Origin: Octopus sinensis
Lineage: Eukaryota
Assembly: GCF_006345805.1 (NCBI RefSeq)
Contig: NC_043025.1
Coordinates: 5,704,001 to 5,768,000, forward strand
DNA length: 64,000 bases
Reading direction: 5' to 3'
Part shown: positions 12,276 through 23,838 of the stretch, in pieces
Numbering within the stretch: position 1 is the first letter of the stretch
How the letters are laid out: each line of letters begins with the position of its first letter
Position numbers and translations under genes: made by a program
The notes under the pieces: model-generated
Told to the model about the DNA's origin: nothing
What the model saw: the letters and a program-made list of their open reading frames with translations, nothing else
Databases searched by the model: none

Positions 12276-14724
12276 ACCTTCATCCTTATTCCAGTTTTTG
12301 GGCCGTGGTTATGCTGGAGGAACACCTCGAAGAAATTTAGTCGATTTATTCGACTGAAAACCAGCTGGAAACCGTTCAGCGACGTGCAACCGAGAGAATA
12401 CCCTCCATAGGCATTTGCCATATTCTGGACGCCTTACCGTAAATCCTCGAGTATATTCCGCCCTTGAGTATAATACGCAGGGTATTTTTAGGGGGCTGTA
12501 CCTCTGAAAAACCTAAACTTTGTGTATAACACGCACCCCTTCTCTAGCTTCAGTCAAGGAGGTCTATAAAATGTCCTTGGTTTGTAAAAATGTATACAGA
12601 AACGTCCTTTATTTAAATTATATAACTAACATAATGCAAACGTGTAGCCTTTTTGTGCATTTTGTTTGCAGAAAATAAAGAAATAACAGTAATAACATCA
12701 GTGAAAAATAAACATTAAGTAAATTGCCTTTACATATTTATCACTATCAGTTACAAAAGCAAAGGCATTTCTTCAAATCCTTCAAATTCAACGTCTCTTT
12801 CAGCATCAAATAATTGTTCTATTTGTTCCTCTCTAAACATGTCAGCATCATTGTTGCGTAAATCTCCGTCATCGTCAGATTCATAGTCAACATCAGACGA
12901 TTCCCTTTCATTTATTTCATCTTTCCATACAACGTCATCCAGTGCAGACGACATACAACATTTGATAAAACTTTCCTAACACCAACCACTCAGCAGAATG
13001 GACCGAGTGCTTTTTATGTGGCACCAGCACCGGCAGGGTCACCAAATAACTTGGAAGACAAGGAATTCTGAGAAGGGGAGAGGACATTGGAGGAAGGGAT
13101 CTTGTGTCGGATGATGAAAGGTTAGAGTGAGATAGAAAGGCAGAAACAGGTGTCTTGCAGTAGGGGAAGTACAAGGTTACTCAGCCAGATAGAGTGAAGG
13201 TGAGAGAGAGAGGAAAGAGGGTGTAAGAGGGACGGAGAGAGGGGAGTAAGAGGGGGAGAGGGTGGGAGAGATGGTGAGAGGGGGAAGGCGGCGGTGGAAA
13301 GAAGAGGGAGAGAGGGTGTGAGAGAGAGAGGGAGAGAGGGTAGGAAAGTGAATGAGAGGGATGGAGTGAGAGGGCAGAGGCAGAAAGAGGGAGGGAGAGA
13401 GGAAAAGAGACAGAGGAGAGATGGAGAGAGAGGGGAGGGAGAAAAAGCGGAGAGGGGAGAGGGCGAGAGACAGAGGGAGAGAGAGAGAAGGAAAGACGGA
13501 GAGGGGAGAGAAATAGAACGATCAGGAATGAGGACGGAAAGAGGTGTGTAGCTGTAGAGGAGATGTATGGTTAGCGAACCAGAGGGAAGGGGAAGAGAAA
13601 GAAGGAGAGAGAGAGAGGAGGGGGAGAGAGAGAGAGAGAAAGGGAGAGAAGAAGAGTGAGGGAGAGAGAGAGAGGAATAGAGATAGAGAGAGAGAGAGAA
13701 AGGAGGGAGAAAGAGGAAAAGTGAGGAAGAGAAAGAGAGGAAGAGAGAGCAGGAGTGCAAGAGAGAGCGGGAGAGCGATGGTGGTGAAGTATCGGGAGGG
13801 GAGGCAGAACACAGAAAGGGTGATAGAGTAAAGGAAGAGAGAGAGAGAGAGAGATAAAGGGCGGCGAGTGGGAGGGGAATAGCGTCGAGGTAGAGGGAGG
13901 CTACGATATAAGTGGCAAGACGTTGCCAAGGAAACGCGAGTAGGTAGCGATAGACAGAGACTATTGAGTACATGGGTATACAGAGGGAGGGAGGGAGAAG
14001 GGATAGGAATGATAGAGAGAGCAGAGCAGGGAGGACAGCATTCGTCACTCAGCTCATAACGGACTGCTAACAGGACTGGTCGAAGGGAGAATACTCGAGC
14101 TTGCCGACCCACAAGGTTTATTATTTGTTCACTAATTACCTGCCCCTAATGGATTTCTACCGCCGACTCCAAGAAGTATATGCCCCCCCCGTCATTAAGG
14201 GTGCTGAGTCGTTCAAAGGGTTAAGTGTCTTAAATATGTCTGTCTCTCGCCCTCTCCCCCTCTCTGCTCTTTTCCCCATCACTCTCTCTCCGTCTCCCCT
14301 CTCTCCATATCTCTTCTCGCTCACCCTCTGTTTTTTTTCCCTCTCCCTCTCTCCGCCTCACCCCTCACTCTATCCCTCTCTCTCCTACCCCTCCCCTCCT
14401 TACCTCCCCGCTCCCTCTCCCTCTTACTCCCACTCGTGTCCCCCCTCTCTCGTTTCCACTCTGTCTCTCTGGCTGAGTAACCTTGTACTTCCTCTACAGC
14501 AACAGGTGTTAGGAAAGGCATCCAGCCGTAAAAAACCTTGCCAAAACAGACACAGAATTCTGGTGCAGTCCTCTGCCTGGCCAGCACCTGTCAAACCGTC
14601 CAACCCATGCCAGCATGGAGAACAGACATTAAATGATATATGATGATGTGTGTGTTATATATATATATATATATATTATATATATGTGGTGTGTGTGTAT
14701 ATAATGTGTGTGTGTATATATATA

Positions 14725-14768
<44 letters not shown>

Positions 14769-14785
14769 ATATATATATATATATA

Positions 14786-14929
14786 ATATGAGTACAGGAC
14801 ACCACAATAAACGTAGAACTCAACGAGAAACGAAAACATAAAAACCAAACAAGGAAACGGAGTTGTTTGTTTTTATGTTTTCGTTTCTCGTTGTGTTCTA
14901 CGTTTATTTGTGGTGTCCTGTACTCATAT
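14786..14929. mobile_element. Palindromic mini-MITE / hairpin with ~63-bp arms
   Basis: gagtacaggacaccacaataaacgtagaac...aaacaa, ~10-nt loop, then its near-perfect reverse complement; flanked by TA repeats. Confidence 0.8.
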
Positions 14930-15121
14930 ATGCATGTATATATACATATAGATGTAGGTATGTACATATATATATGTATGTATGTATGTATGCATATATT
15001 TTATTTGTGTATCACATCACAACTATGTTTTATTTGTGTATCACATCACAACTACTATTTCCATTGATATTTATTTTGATGTTCATGTACTTGACTCAGT
15101 AGGTCTCCTCAAGCACAGCGG

Positions 15122-15169
<48 letters not shown>

Positions 15170-15199
15170 TACATATGTTTGCACACACACACATATCTG

Positions 15200-15320
15200 T
15201 ATGAGGGAGTACGCAAATCAAACCGGAATTTTGTAATATTCTTTCATTCACTCAATTTTACATATTTTCTCTTTTATCCCCTTTAAATATTCCCCATTTG
15301 AAGCAAGGCATGGGTCCAGT
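15200..15320 (-). mobile_element. mariner 3' end with TIR remnant
   Basis: tatgagggagtacgcaaatcaaaccggaat terminus. The minus strand reads WTHALASNGEYLKG, like the mariner C-terminal RWxxCIxxNGEYFE. Confidence 0.5.
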
Positions 15321-15419
15321 TTAGATCTTAATTATAAAAAAATATGAAACCATTATACTAAATGTTAATTTAGTTAATTGTAAAGATAGAAATTTAAATG
15401 TAATGAAGAGTTTTAAAAG

Positions 15420-15950
15420 ATTCCGCCCAGGTCGACTTTGCCTTTCATCCTTTTGGGGTCGATTAAATAAGTACCAGTTACGCACTAGGGTCGATATAAT
15501 CGACTTAATCCGTTTGTCTGTCCTTGTTTGTCCTCTCTGTGTTTAGCCCCTTGTGGGTAGTAAAGAAATAGAAATAGGTATTTCGTCTGCCACTATATTC
15601 TGAGTTCAAATTCCGCCCAGGTCGACTTTGCCTTTCATCATTTCGGGATTGATTAAATAAGTACCAGTTATGCACTGGGGTCGATGTAATCGACTTAATA
15701 CGTTTGTCTGTCCTTGTTTGTCCTCTCTGTGTTTAGCCCCTTGTGGGTAATAAAGAAATAGAAATAGGTATTTCGTCTGCCGCTATGTTCTGAGTTCAAA
15801 TTTCGCTGAGGTCGACTTTGCCTTTCATCATTTCGGGATCGATTAAATAAGTACCAGTTACGCACTGGGGTCAATATAATCGACTTAATCCGTTTGTCTG
15901 TCCTTGTTCGTCCCCTCTGTGTTTAGCCCCTTGTGGGTAATAAAGAAAGA
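15420..15950 (+). mobile_element. Three tandem headless SINE family 2 units
   Basis: Repeated gaggtcgactttgcctttcatc...gccccttgtgggtaataaagaaat. Confidence 0.88.
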
Positions 15951-16014
15951 AATGTTTTAAAAGAAATTTAAATTGCTTCATGATAACTGTAAACCTACTT
16001 TTAGGCCACCCTGT

Positions 16015-16015
16015 G

Positions 16016-16058
<43 letters not shown>

Positions 16059-16554
16059 ATGTGCACCTATAGCAATTTATATATGTGTGTATATATATAT
16101 GTGTGTGTGTATATATATATGTGTGTGTGTGTGTATATATATGTGTGTGTGTGCGTGTGTGTATATATATATGTGTGTGTGTGTATATATATATATATAT
16201 TTGTGTGTGTGTATATATATGTGTGTGTGTGTGTGTATATATATATATGTGTGTGTGTGTGTGTATATATGTGTGTGTGTGTATATATATATGTGTGTGT
16301 GTATGTATATATATGTTTGTGTGTGTATATATATATGTGTGTGTGTGTATATATGTGTGTGTGTGTGTATACATATATATATGTGTGTGTGTATTTTTGC
16401 ATTGTTAACACCATAAAAATTCAGAAACTTCAAGACAGAACATGTAATAGATAAAAACCATTGACTTTTTCTATTCAAGGTGTTTTTTTTAACCCAACAT
16501 TTACAAAATATCATTATAGTGTTTTATTTACGTTGAGTTCCACCGTCAAAATTT

Positions 16555-16586
<32 letters not shown>

Positions 16587-16833
16587 CAGCTCAGTTTCTA
16601 TCTGGCTAAGTCCACTTGCAAGGCGGCTCTGGCTGGCCCTGACCTGTTGGAGGTGAGACTAGGCCATAAAAGTTTATGGCCTTTGTGTCGCTTGAAGTTT
16701 CTAAATGTTTATGTTGTCAACGCTACAATAAATTAAATTTACATAGGTGCATATATACATGTGTGTGTGTATATATATGTGTGGTATATATATATATTAT
16801 GTATATATATATATATATATATATATAAATGTG

Positions 16834-16867
<34 letters not shown>

Positions 16868-16911
16868 TATAAATGTGTATATATATATATGTGTGTATAT
16901 ATATATATATG

Positions 16912-16951
<40 letters not shown>

Positions 16952-16970
16952 ATATATATATATAGTATAT

Positions 16971-17006
<36 letters not shown>

Positions 17007-17172
17007 GTGTATTATATATATATAAATGTGTATATATATATAGTGTGTATATATATATATGTATATATAATAAATGTGTATATATATATATGTGTGTATA
17101 GATATATATATGTATATATATATAAATGTGTATATATATATGTGTATATATATAAATGTGTATATATATATA

Positions 17173-17214
<42 letters not shown>

Positions 17215-17217
17215 GTG

Positions 17218-17298
<81 letters not shown>

Positions 17299-17380
17299 GT
17301 ATGTATATATATGTATATATATATATATATATATTATATACACACACATATATATATGTGTGTGTGGTGTGTGTGTATGT
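16015..17380. repeat. (TA)n/(TG)n compound microsatellites (similar tracts at 20540-21290, 24670-25228, 40880-41990, 55790-55950)
   Basis: Direct reading; source of the poly-Y/I/C/V ORFs. Confidence 0.97.
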
Positions 17381-17419
17381 ATAAATCCAAGGTTTGAAAA
17401 CCGAATTTGTACTAAAATG

Positions 17420-18224
17420 GAAATCTAGATCTTCTGTGATGTGATCTTTGCAGTGTGGGGTCACGCATTGTCCTGATGAAGTATCACTCCTCTTCGATTC
17501 ACTTAAGCGTGTCTTTTTATCTTCAAAGCTTGGTTCAAACGTTCTAATTGCTGACCATAGACTTGAGCATTGATTGTTGCATTAGGTGGTAACAATTCAA
17601 AGTGATTTACTCCTTTGCAATCCCACCAGATAGAGAGAAGAACCTTTTTCTCATGAAGTTCCCTTCTCAGTAGTGGTTGAGTTTTTTTCCCTTTTACCAA
17701 GCCACCGTTTATGACGTTTAACATTTTGATAGAAGATCAATTTCTCGTCACCAGTCACAAGTCTATCCAAAAAGGGTAAAACGAATTCGCGAGAATGGAG
17801 AGAAGAGCAGCTGTCAACTCAGGATTTGCTGTTGCTTTCGGACAATTCATGAGGCACCTATTTTCATTTGGCAGCGAGCTGGCAGAAACGTTAGCACGTC
17901 AGGCAAAATGCATAGCTGTATTTCATCTGTCAATACATTCTGAGTTCAAATTCCGACGAGGTCGACTTTGCCTTTCATCCTTTCAGGGTCGATAAATAAA
18001 GTACCTGTTACGCACTGGGGTCGATGTAGTAGACTTAACCCCTTTGTCTGTCATTGTTTGTCCCCTCTGTGTTTAGCTCCTTGTGGGCCATAAAGAAATA
18101 TATTTTTCAAGATGACGATGAACAGTTGTATGGTTTGAACTAAGCTTTATTGCCAATTCTTCAACTGATAATGCAGGATTTTCTTCAAGTAATGCCTCAA
18201 GGAGCTTATCATCAAACTTAAATG
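17420..18224 (-). mobile_element. Decayed mariner transposase fragment interrupted by a SINE
   Basis: Minus strand: FDDKLLEALLEENPALSVEELAIKLSSNHTTVHRHL (HTH), [58 protein letters not shown]. Confidence 0.92.
17870..18100 (+). mobile_element. SINE family 2, single copy inserted in the mariner (another at 61515-61745)
   Basis: gcgagctggcagaaacgttagcac head, gagttcaaattcc B box, gcctttcatcctttc..ggtcgataaa core, aaagaaata tail. Confidence 0.9.
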
Positions 18225-20147
18225 AATAATGGGAAGTCTCCGGGTATGGATGGCATACATGCGGAGTTGTTACAGCATGGTGGTGAGAAACTTCTGCAGC
18301 AACTTCGCTCTTTGTTTGGTAAGATATGGACCAGTGAATCTGTACCTGAGGACTGGAGAGATGCAGTAATGGTGGTCCTGTATAAGGGAAAGGGCAACAG
18401 GAATGATTGTGGTAACTATAGGGGAGTATCATTGCTTTCTGTCATAGGAAAGGTTTTATGCAGGGTACTTCTGGATCATCTGCTGAAACATGTTTCAGAT
18501 TGCGTTCTTCCAGAAAGTCAATCTGGCTTTCGTGTGGGATGTGGCACTGCTGATGTGATCTTTTCAGTTAGGCAGCTTCAGGAGAAGTGTGTGGAACAGG
18601 GTGTGGATTTGTATCAGGTTTTTCTCAATCTGACAAAAAACTTTGATACCATTAATAGAAAAGCATTGTGGAAAGTCCTCCAGAAACTTGGGTGTCCTGA
18701 AAAGTTCCTTGCTTTGGTTAGGTCTTTTCATGAAGACATGAAGTGTAGGGTTAATGTTAGAGGGAAAATGTCGGAGCCCATTTCAATACAAAATGGAGTG
18801 AAACAGGGGGATATTCTGGCACCAAGCCTATTTGCCATATATTTTGTGATGGTTTTCTGTATTGCATTCAGAAACTGCAGATACGGTGTTTACATCCATT
18901 ATCGAACCTCTGGCAGCATATTTAATATCAGGTGCTTTGCTGCAAGAACAAAGGTATTTACCTCTATCATAAGAGACCTTTTGTGTGCAGATGATTGTGA
19001 TCTTGTAGCACACACAGAGATTGATATGCAACACATTTTGAATGCATTCTCTGATGCTTGCACTGCCTTAGGATTGACAGTCAATCTCAAGAAAACTGAT
19101 GTCATGCATCAACCTGCCCCTGGTAAGCAGTATAGTGTACCAAATATCTATCTGAATGGTAAACGACTTCATGTAGTCGATCAGTTTGTCTACCTGGGAA
19201 GCACTGTTAATAGATATAGCAATTTCGATGTTGAAATTCCATACAGAATTAGGAAAGCAAGTGAAGCTTTCGGAAGGCCAGAAAGGCGCCTCTGGAATCG
19301 GCGAGACACATGCAGAAAGACAAAGATAAAGATGTACAAAGTATGTGTGCTCCCTTCTCTTCTCTATACCTGTGAGACATGGGTCACATATCGATACCAC
19401 CTTAAACAACTGGTACGTTTCCATCAGATGTGTCTCAGACTGCATCAGTGATCTTGAAATATTGGAAGGCTCTCGGTGTGAAAGTATAGAAGCTCTTGTG
19501 TTAAAGCAAAGGCTCAGATGGAGTGGTCATCTGGTCAGGATGAAGGATTCAAGGATGTCAAAACAACTCTTCTATAGATTGTTAGATAAAGGAGAACAAC
19601 CTCCACGTAAACCAAAAAAGAGGTATAAGGACTTGCTGAAGGCTTCCTTAAGAGATGCTTGCATCTCTCCTGACACATAGGAAGGCATAGCTATTGATCG
19701 TAGCAGGTGAAGAAGGATTGTGCACGAGGGAACAGCCACTTTTGAGAAATCTCGAGTTGCACATGAGAAAGTAAGGAGGGATGTCAGGAAGGGCATCGCT
19801 GTTATACTTCCACATGGGAAGGGTCTTCGTATGATACTGACATGCAGTGTCTGTGCAAGACCCTGCCTCAGTAAAGCTGAACTCATGAGTCATCTTCGTA
19901 GTCATAAAACGAAACAGATGAGTGACAACCTGGCCACTGGTGATGGTGTTACACACCATACTAATCATATCTGTCGGGCATGTGGAAGAGAGTGTAATTC
20001 GGCAGGAGGACTTAAACGACATGCAAAGGTACATGAGGCCCAGTTACAACTACAGCTGGGCTAAAAAGTCACATTTGATCACAGCACCAATAACAGTTAA
20101 GCTGTGTGCAATGGCCATACTCGATAACAAGGGGGTAGCCATCATAT
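18222..20147 (+). mobile_element. 5'-truncated RTE-clade LINE: RT, C-terminus and two C2H2 fingers (pseudogenised)
   Basis: KSPGMDGI, YKGKGNRNDCGNYRGVSLLS, LPESQSGFR, GVKQGDILAP, LLCADD (degenerate YADD), YLGS, RWSGHLVRM. Frameshift near 19445; in-frame stops at 19678 and ~19708; frame ends at 20064. Confidence 0.95.
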
Positions 20148-20336
20148 GTATACATATATATATATATATATATATAATTTCTTGCAAGATTCTTTAAGAT
20201 TCAAAACTATTGAAAAGGTTGCAAGAAGCAACGAAAATGTTAGGAAAATAAAAATAAGAGAAAAGTGGAAATTTTACCGGTGAGTGTGTTACATTATAAG
20301 GCACAAAAAGAAAATGACTCTCCCCAGACACAACAG

Positions 20337-20377
<41 letters not shown>

Positions 20378-20539
20378 GTGTGTGAGTGTGAACAATTGCA
20401 CCGTGGAAGGTGTTTATAAACCATTTAAGAAACACAAAATCCGTTAGATTCACTTCAACATTTAAATTTAATTTGTCAAAATATGTTCATCGCTTTGAGA
20501 CTGCGACCTGTTCACTGACAAAATTCTGTGCAGCACAGA

Positions 20540-20572
<33 letters not shown>

Positions 20573-20592
20573 CATGTGTATATATATATATG

Positions 20593-20623
<31 letters not shown>

Positions 20624-20669
20624 ATATATATGTATATATATGTGTGTATATATATATATGTATATATGC

Positions 20670-20710
<41 letters not shown>

Positions 20711-21134
20711 GGTGTGTGTATATAATATATATGTATATATGTATATGTATATATTTATGTATGTATGTATATATATATATTTATGTATGTGTGTATATAC
20801 GTATGTGTATATATGTATGTGTATATGTATGTATATGTATATATGCGTATATGTATATATGTATGTATATATATATATGTATGTATATATATATATGTAT
20901 GTATGTATATATATGCATGTATTTATATGTGTGTGTGTTTGTGTGTGTGAGTCTGTGTACACAATATTCTCCTCCCCCTCCTCATTTGTCTCCTTACAAT
21001 TGGAAAATATAAGCAATTATGTACGATTTGTCTGAAATGTCAGTTGACATTCCGGGTCTCATTGTCTGGGTGCATATACACACATGTGTGTACATACACA
21101 CACATGTGTATGTGTATACACATACTCATATATA

Positions 21135-21176
<42 letters not shown>

Positions 21177-21245
21177 TTATATACCTATATATTTTTGTAT
21201 ATATTTATATACATGTATGAATGTGTCTACAATTGTTTATTATAT

Positions 21246-21289
<44 letters not shown>

Positions 21290-21359
21290 TTACTCCACCA
21301 ACGTCTATATCTGAGAATTAAACCTTCCACAGACACACACACACAATCATCATCATCAT

Positions 21360-21401
<42 letters not shown>

Positions 21402-21474
21402 TGTCCCAGTTGACTCCCTATCAAAAGTTCCCAGCAGAAGAACATTTTATAGCAGACAGTGTTGGAGGTGATCA

Positions 21475-21825
21475 CTGTGGTGGTGGTGGCGGTGTTGGTG
21501 GTGGTTGTGGTGGTGGTTTTGGTGGTGGTGGTGGTGGTGGTGGTGGTTGTGGTGGTGGTTGTGGTGGTGGTGGTGGTTGTGGTGGTGGTTTTGGTGGTGG
21601 TGGTGTTGGTGGTGGTTGTGGTGGTGGTTTTGGTGGTGGTGGTGTTGGTGGTGGTTGTGGTGGTGGTTTTGGTGGTGGTGGTGGTGGTGGTGGTTGTGGT
21701 GGTGGCGGTGTTGGTGGTGGTTGTGGTGGTGGTTTTGGTGGTGGTGGTGGTGGTGGTGGTTGTGGTGGTGGTGGTGGTGGTTGTGGTGGTGGTTGTGGTG
21801 GTGGTGGCAGTGGTGGTGTTGATGA
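21475..21825. repeat. (GGT)n compound microsatellite; also (GTA)n at 23950-24290
   Basis: Direct reading. Confidence 0.9.
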
Positions 21826-22459
21826 TTACTGAGTGTGTGTGTGTCAGTGATGGCGGTGGGGATGGCGGTGTTAGCGTGTAGCCCCAGGTCCTCCCACATC
21901 AAGTAAACCCGTGACCAAGGTTGTCCCCTTCATGTCCCCTCACATCACTTTGTGTCATGTGTTGCCTATTCAGGACCGCTTTGTCTAATGTGGGACTTCA
22001 TTCTTTTAAAAAGGGTTCATGCCTGGTTTCTTAGCAAGTTGGCTGCTATTTCTAGCAGGACCTTAGGTTGTATAATTGCTGGCGAGGTGACCATTTGATG
22101 CCCAGTCAAGTGGGAGGACACTGTGGGAGGTTTGAAAGCCATGGATATTAACTGGAAAGCAGTTGACCGATGGTGCAATAACCTTATGCATGGCCATTGC
22201 TGGCATTTTTCTTGGACAATGGTCAGTGATGGTCTTCCTTGGTCATGAGTGGACATTCATCATCATCATCATCATTCTTTTATTTGTTTCAGTCATTTAA
22301 CTGTGGCCATGATGGAGCACCGCCTTTAATTGTGTGTGTGTGTGTGTTTGTTTGTCCCTGCTACCACTGTTCGACTGTTGGTGTCTTTATGTCCCCATAA
22401 CTTAGTGGTTCAGCAAAGAGATCAATAGATGCCTGCACCTGTATATATGTATGTGTCTA

Positions 22460-22771
22460 TATCACGTGATCACTTGACTGACCAGACCATCAGATGTTGT
22501 TACACATTGCTGGTCACAATGCGCTTTGCATTGTTTTAGCCTTCAAATGACGCCACCCCGCTGGCTAAGCGAGCAGGCCAACAGAAGAAAGAGTGAGAGA
22601 AAGTTGTGGCGAAAGAGTACAGCAGGGATCGCCACCCCCCCCTCTGCCGCAGCCTCGTGGAGCTTTAGGTGTTTTCGCTCAATAAACACACACAACGCCC
22701 GGTCTGGGAATCGAAACCACGATCCTCCGACTGTGAGTCCGCTGCCCTAACCACTGGGCCATTGCCCCTCC
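22460..22771 (-). mobile_element. tRNA(Arg-like)-derived SINE family 3
   Basis: Reverse complement of 23259-23553. Confidence 0.9.
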
Positions 22772-22834
22772 ACAGTGTACCATTGGTGATTTTTTTCCTC
22801 TGTCTTCCCTTCTCTGGATCTTTCCTTCTCCTAT

Positions 22835-22869
22835 GTTTCTGACGAAGAGCTCCACTCGAAACGTTAAAC
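22835..22869 (+). ncRNA. Minimal type I hammerhead-ribozyme motif, Penelope-like
   Basis: gttt-CTGACGA-a-gag(ctcca)ctc-GAAA-cg-TT-aaac: intact core, stem I gttt/aaac, stem II gag/ctc, palindromic ACGT in place of stem III. Confidence 0.55.
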
Positions 22870-22969
22870 CCTCCTTCTTTCCTTCTTTCCTGAGCATCCA
22901 ATAATACTATATTTGTTCCACATCCTCGCGTTGTTGTGTTTTTTGTGCTTTCTTGTTTGGATTAACTTT

Positions 22970-23006
<37 letters not shown>

Positions 23007-23258
23007 TATATAAGTATGATGGTGGTAGTATTATCAAAATACCGTCACTAGTGGCAAGCAAATATCAGCCGTAGAGGCAAATTAATAAAATATACATATA
23101 TAAGCACATGTCTTATGTGTATGTGTGTGTATATATATTTATAAATTTAAAATAATAAGGGCGAAAAATTGAATATTAATTTGATTAATATCAATTTAAA
23201 ACCAGTGGCCTAGCATATTGAGAAATCTGAAGATTCTGAAAAATTATATTATATATAT

Positions 23259-23553
23259 GGAGGCGCAATGGCCCAGTGGTTAGGGCAGCGGACTCGTGGT
23301 CGTAGGATCGCAGTTTCGATTCCCAGACTGGGCGTTGTGAGTGTTTATTGAGCGAAAACACCTAAAAGCTCCACGAGGCTCCGGCAGGGGGTGTTGATCC
23401 CTGCTGTACTCTTTCACCACTCTTTCTTCTGTTGGCCTGCTCGCTTAGCCAGCAGGGTGGTGTCATTCGAAGGCTAAAACAATGCAAAGCGCATTGTGAC
23501 CAGCGATGTGTAACAACATCTGATGGTCTGGTCAGTCAAGTGATCACGTGATA
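23259..23553 (+). mobile_element. tRNA(Arg-like)-derived SINE family 3
   Basis: ggcgcaatggcccagtggttagggc (A box) and gtttcgattccc (B box); non-tRNA body; tail tgatcacgtgata. Confidence 0.9.
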
Positions 23554-23668
23554 TATATATATATATAATATATATATATATATACACAGACATACAAGCA
23601 TGCATACACACATTACATATATACAATGCACACATACATATATACATGCATACAATACTGTATATATA

Positions 23669-23713
<45 letters not shown>

Positions 23714-23807
23714 CATACAAGCATGCGTACACACATATATATATATATATAATATATATATATATACAGACATACAGCATGGCATACACACCATACTATA
23801 TACAATG

Positions 23808-23838
<31 letters not shown>

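Larger units (their letters stand above)
9040..14237. repeat. Tandem segmental duplication (copy 1 ~9040-11379, copy 2 ~11850-14237)
   Basis: Same order of SINE, CR1 fragment, pogo end, GA-rich element and unique core in both copies. Both SINEs share the variant ctcttttactctgttacttg. Confidence 0.9.

Noticed and set aside
10124-14643. Long S/L/P- and R/E/G-rich ORFs
   Set aside because: These are translations of GA/CT low-complexity tracts, not conserved in frame between the duplicated copies.
15871-17464. Long Y/I/C/V/H/T ORFs
   Set aside because: Dinucleotide microsatellite artefacts; the same applies at 20410-21314, 24605-25295 and 50888-51523.
21221-21832. His/Gly-rich ORF resembling beak or cuticle structural proteins
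   Set aside because: It is built from (CAT)n and (GGT)n microsatellites open in several frames, with no signal peptide or convincing splice sites. Transcript evidence would be needed.
23259-23335. tRNA-Arg gene
   Set aside because: A and B boxes are present, but the T-stem and acceptor stem do not pair and the sequence continues into a SINE body.
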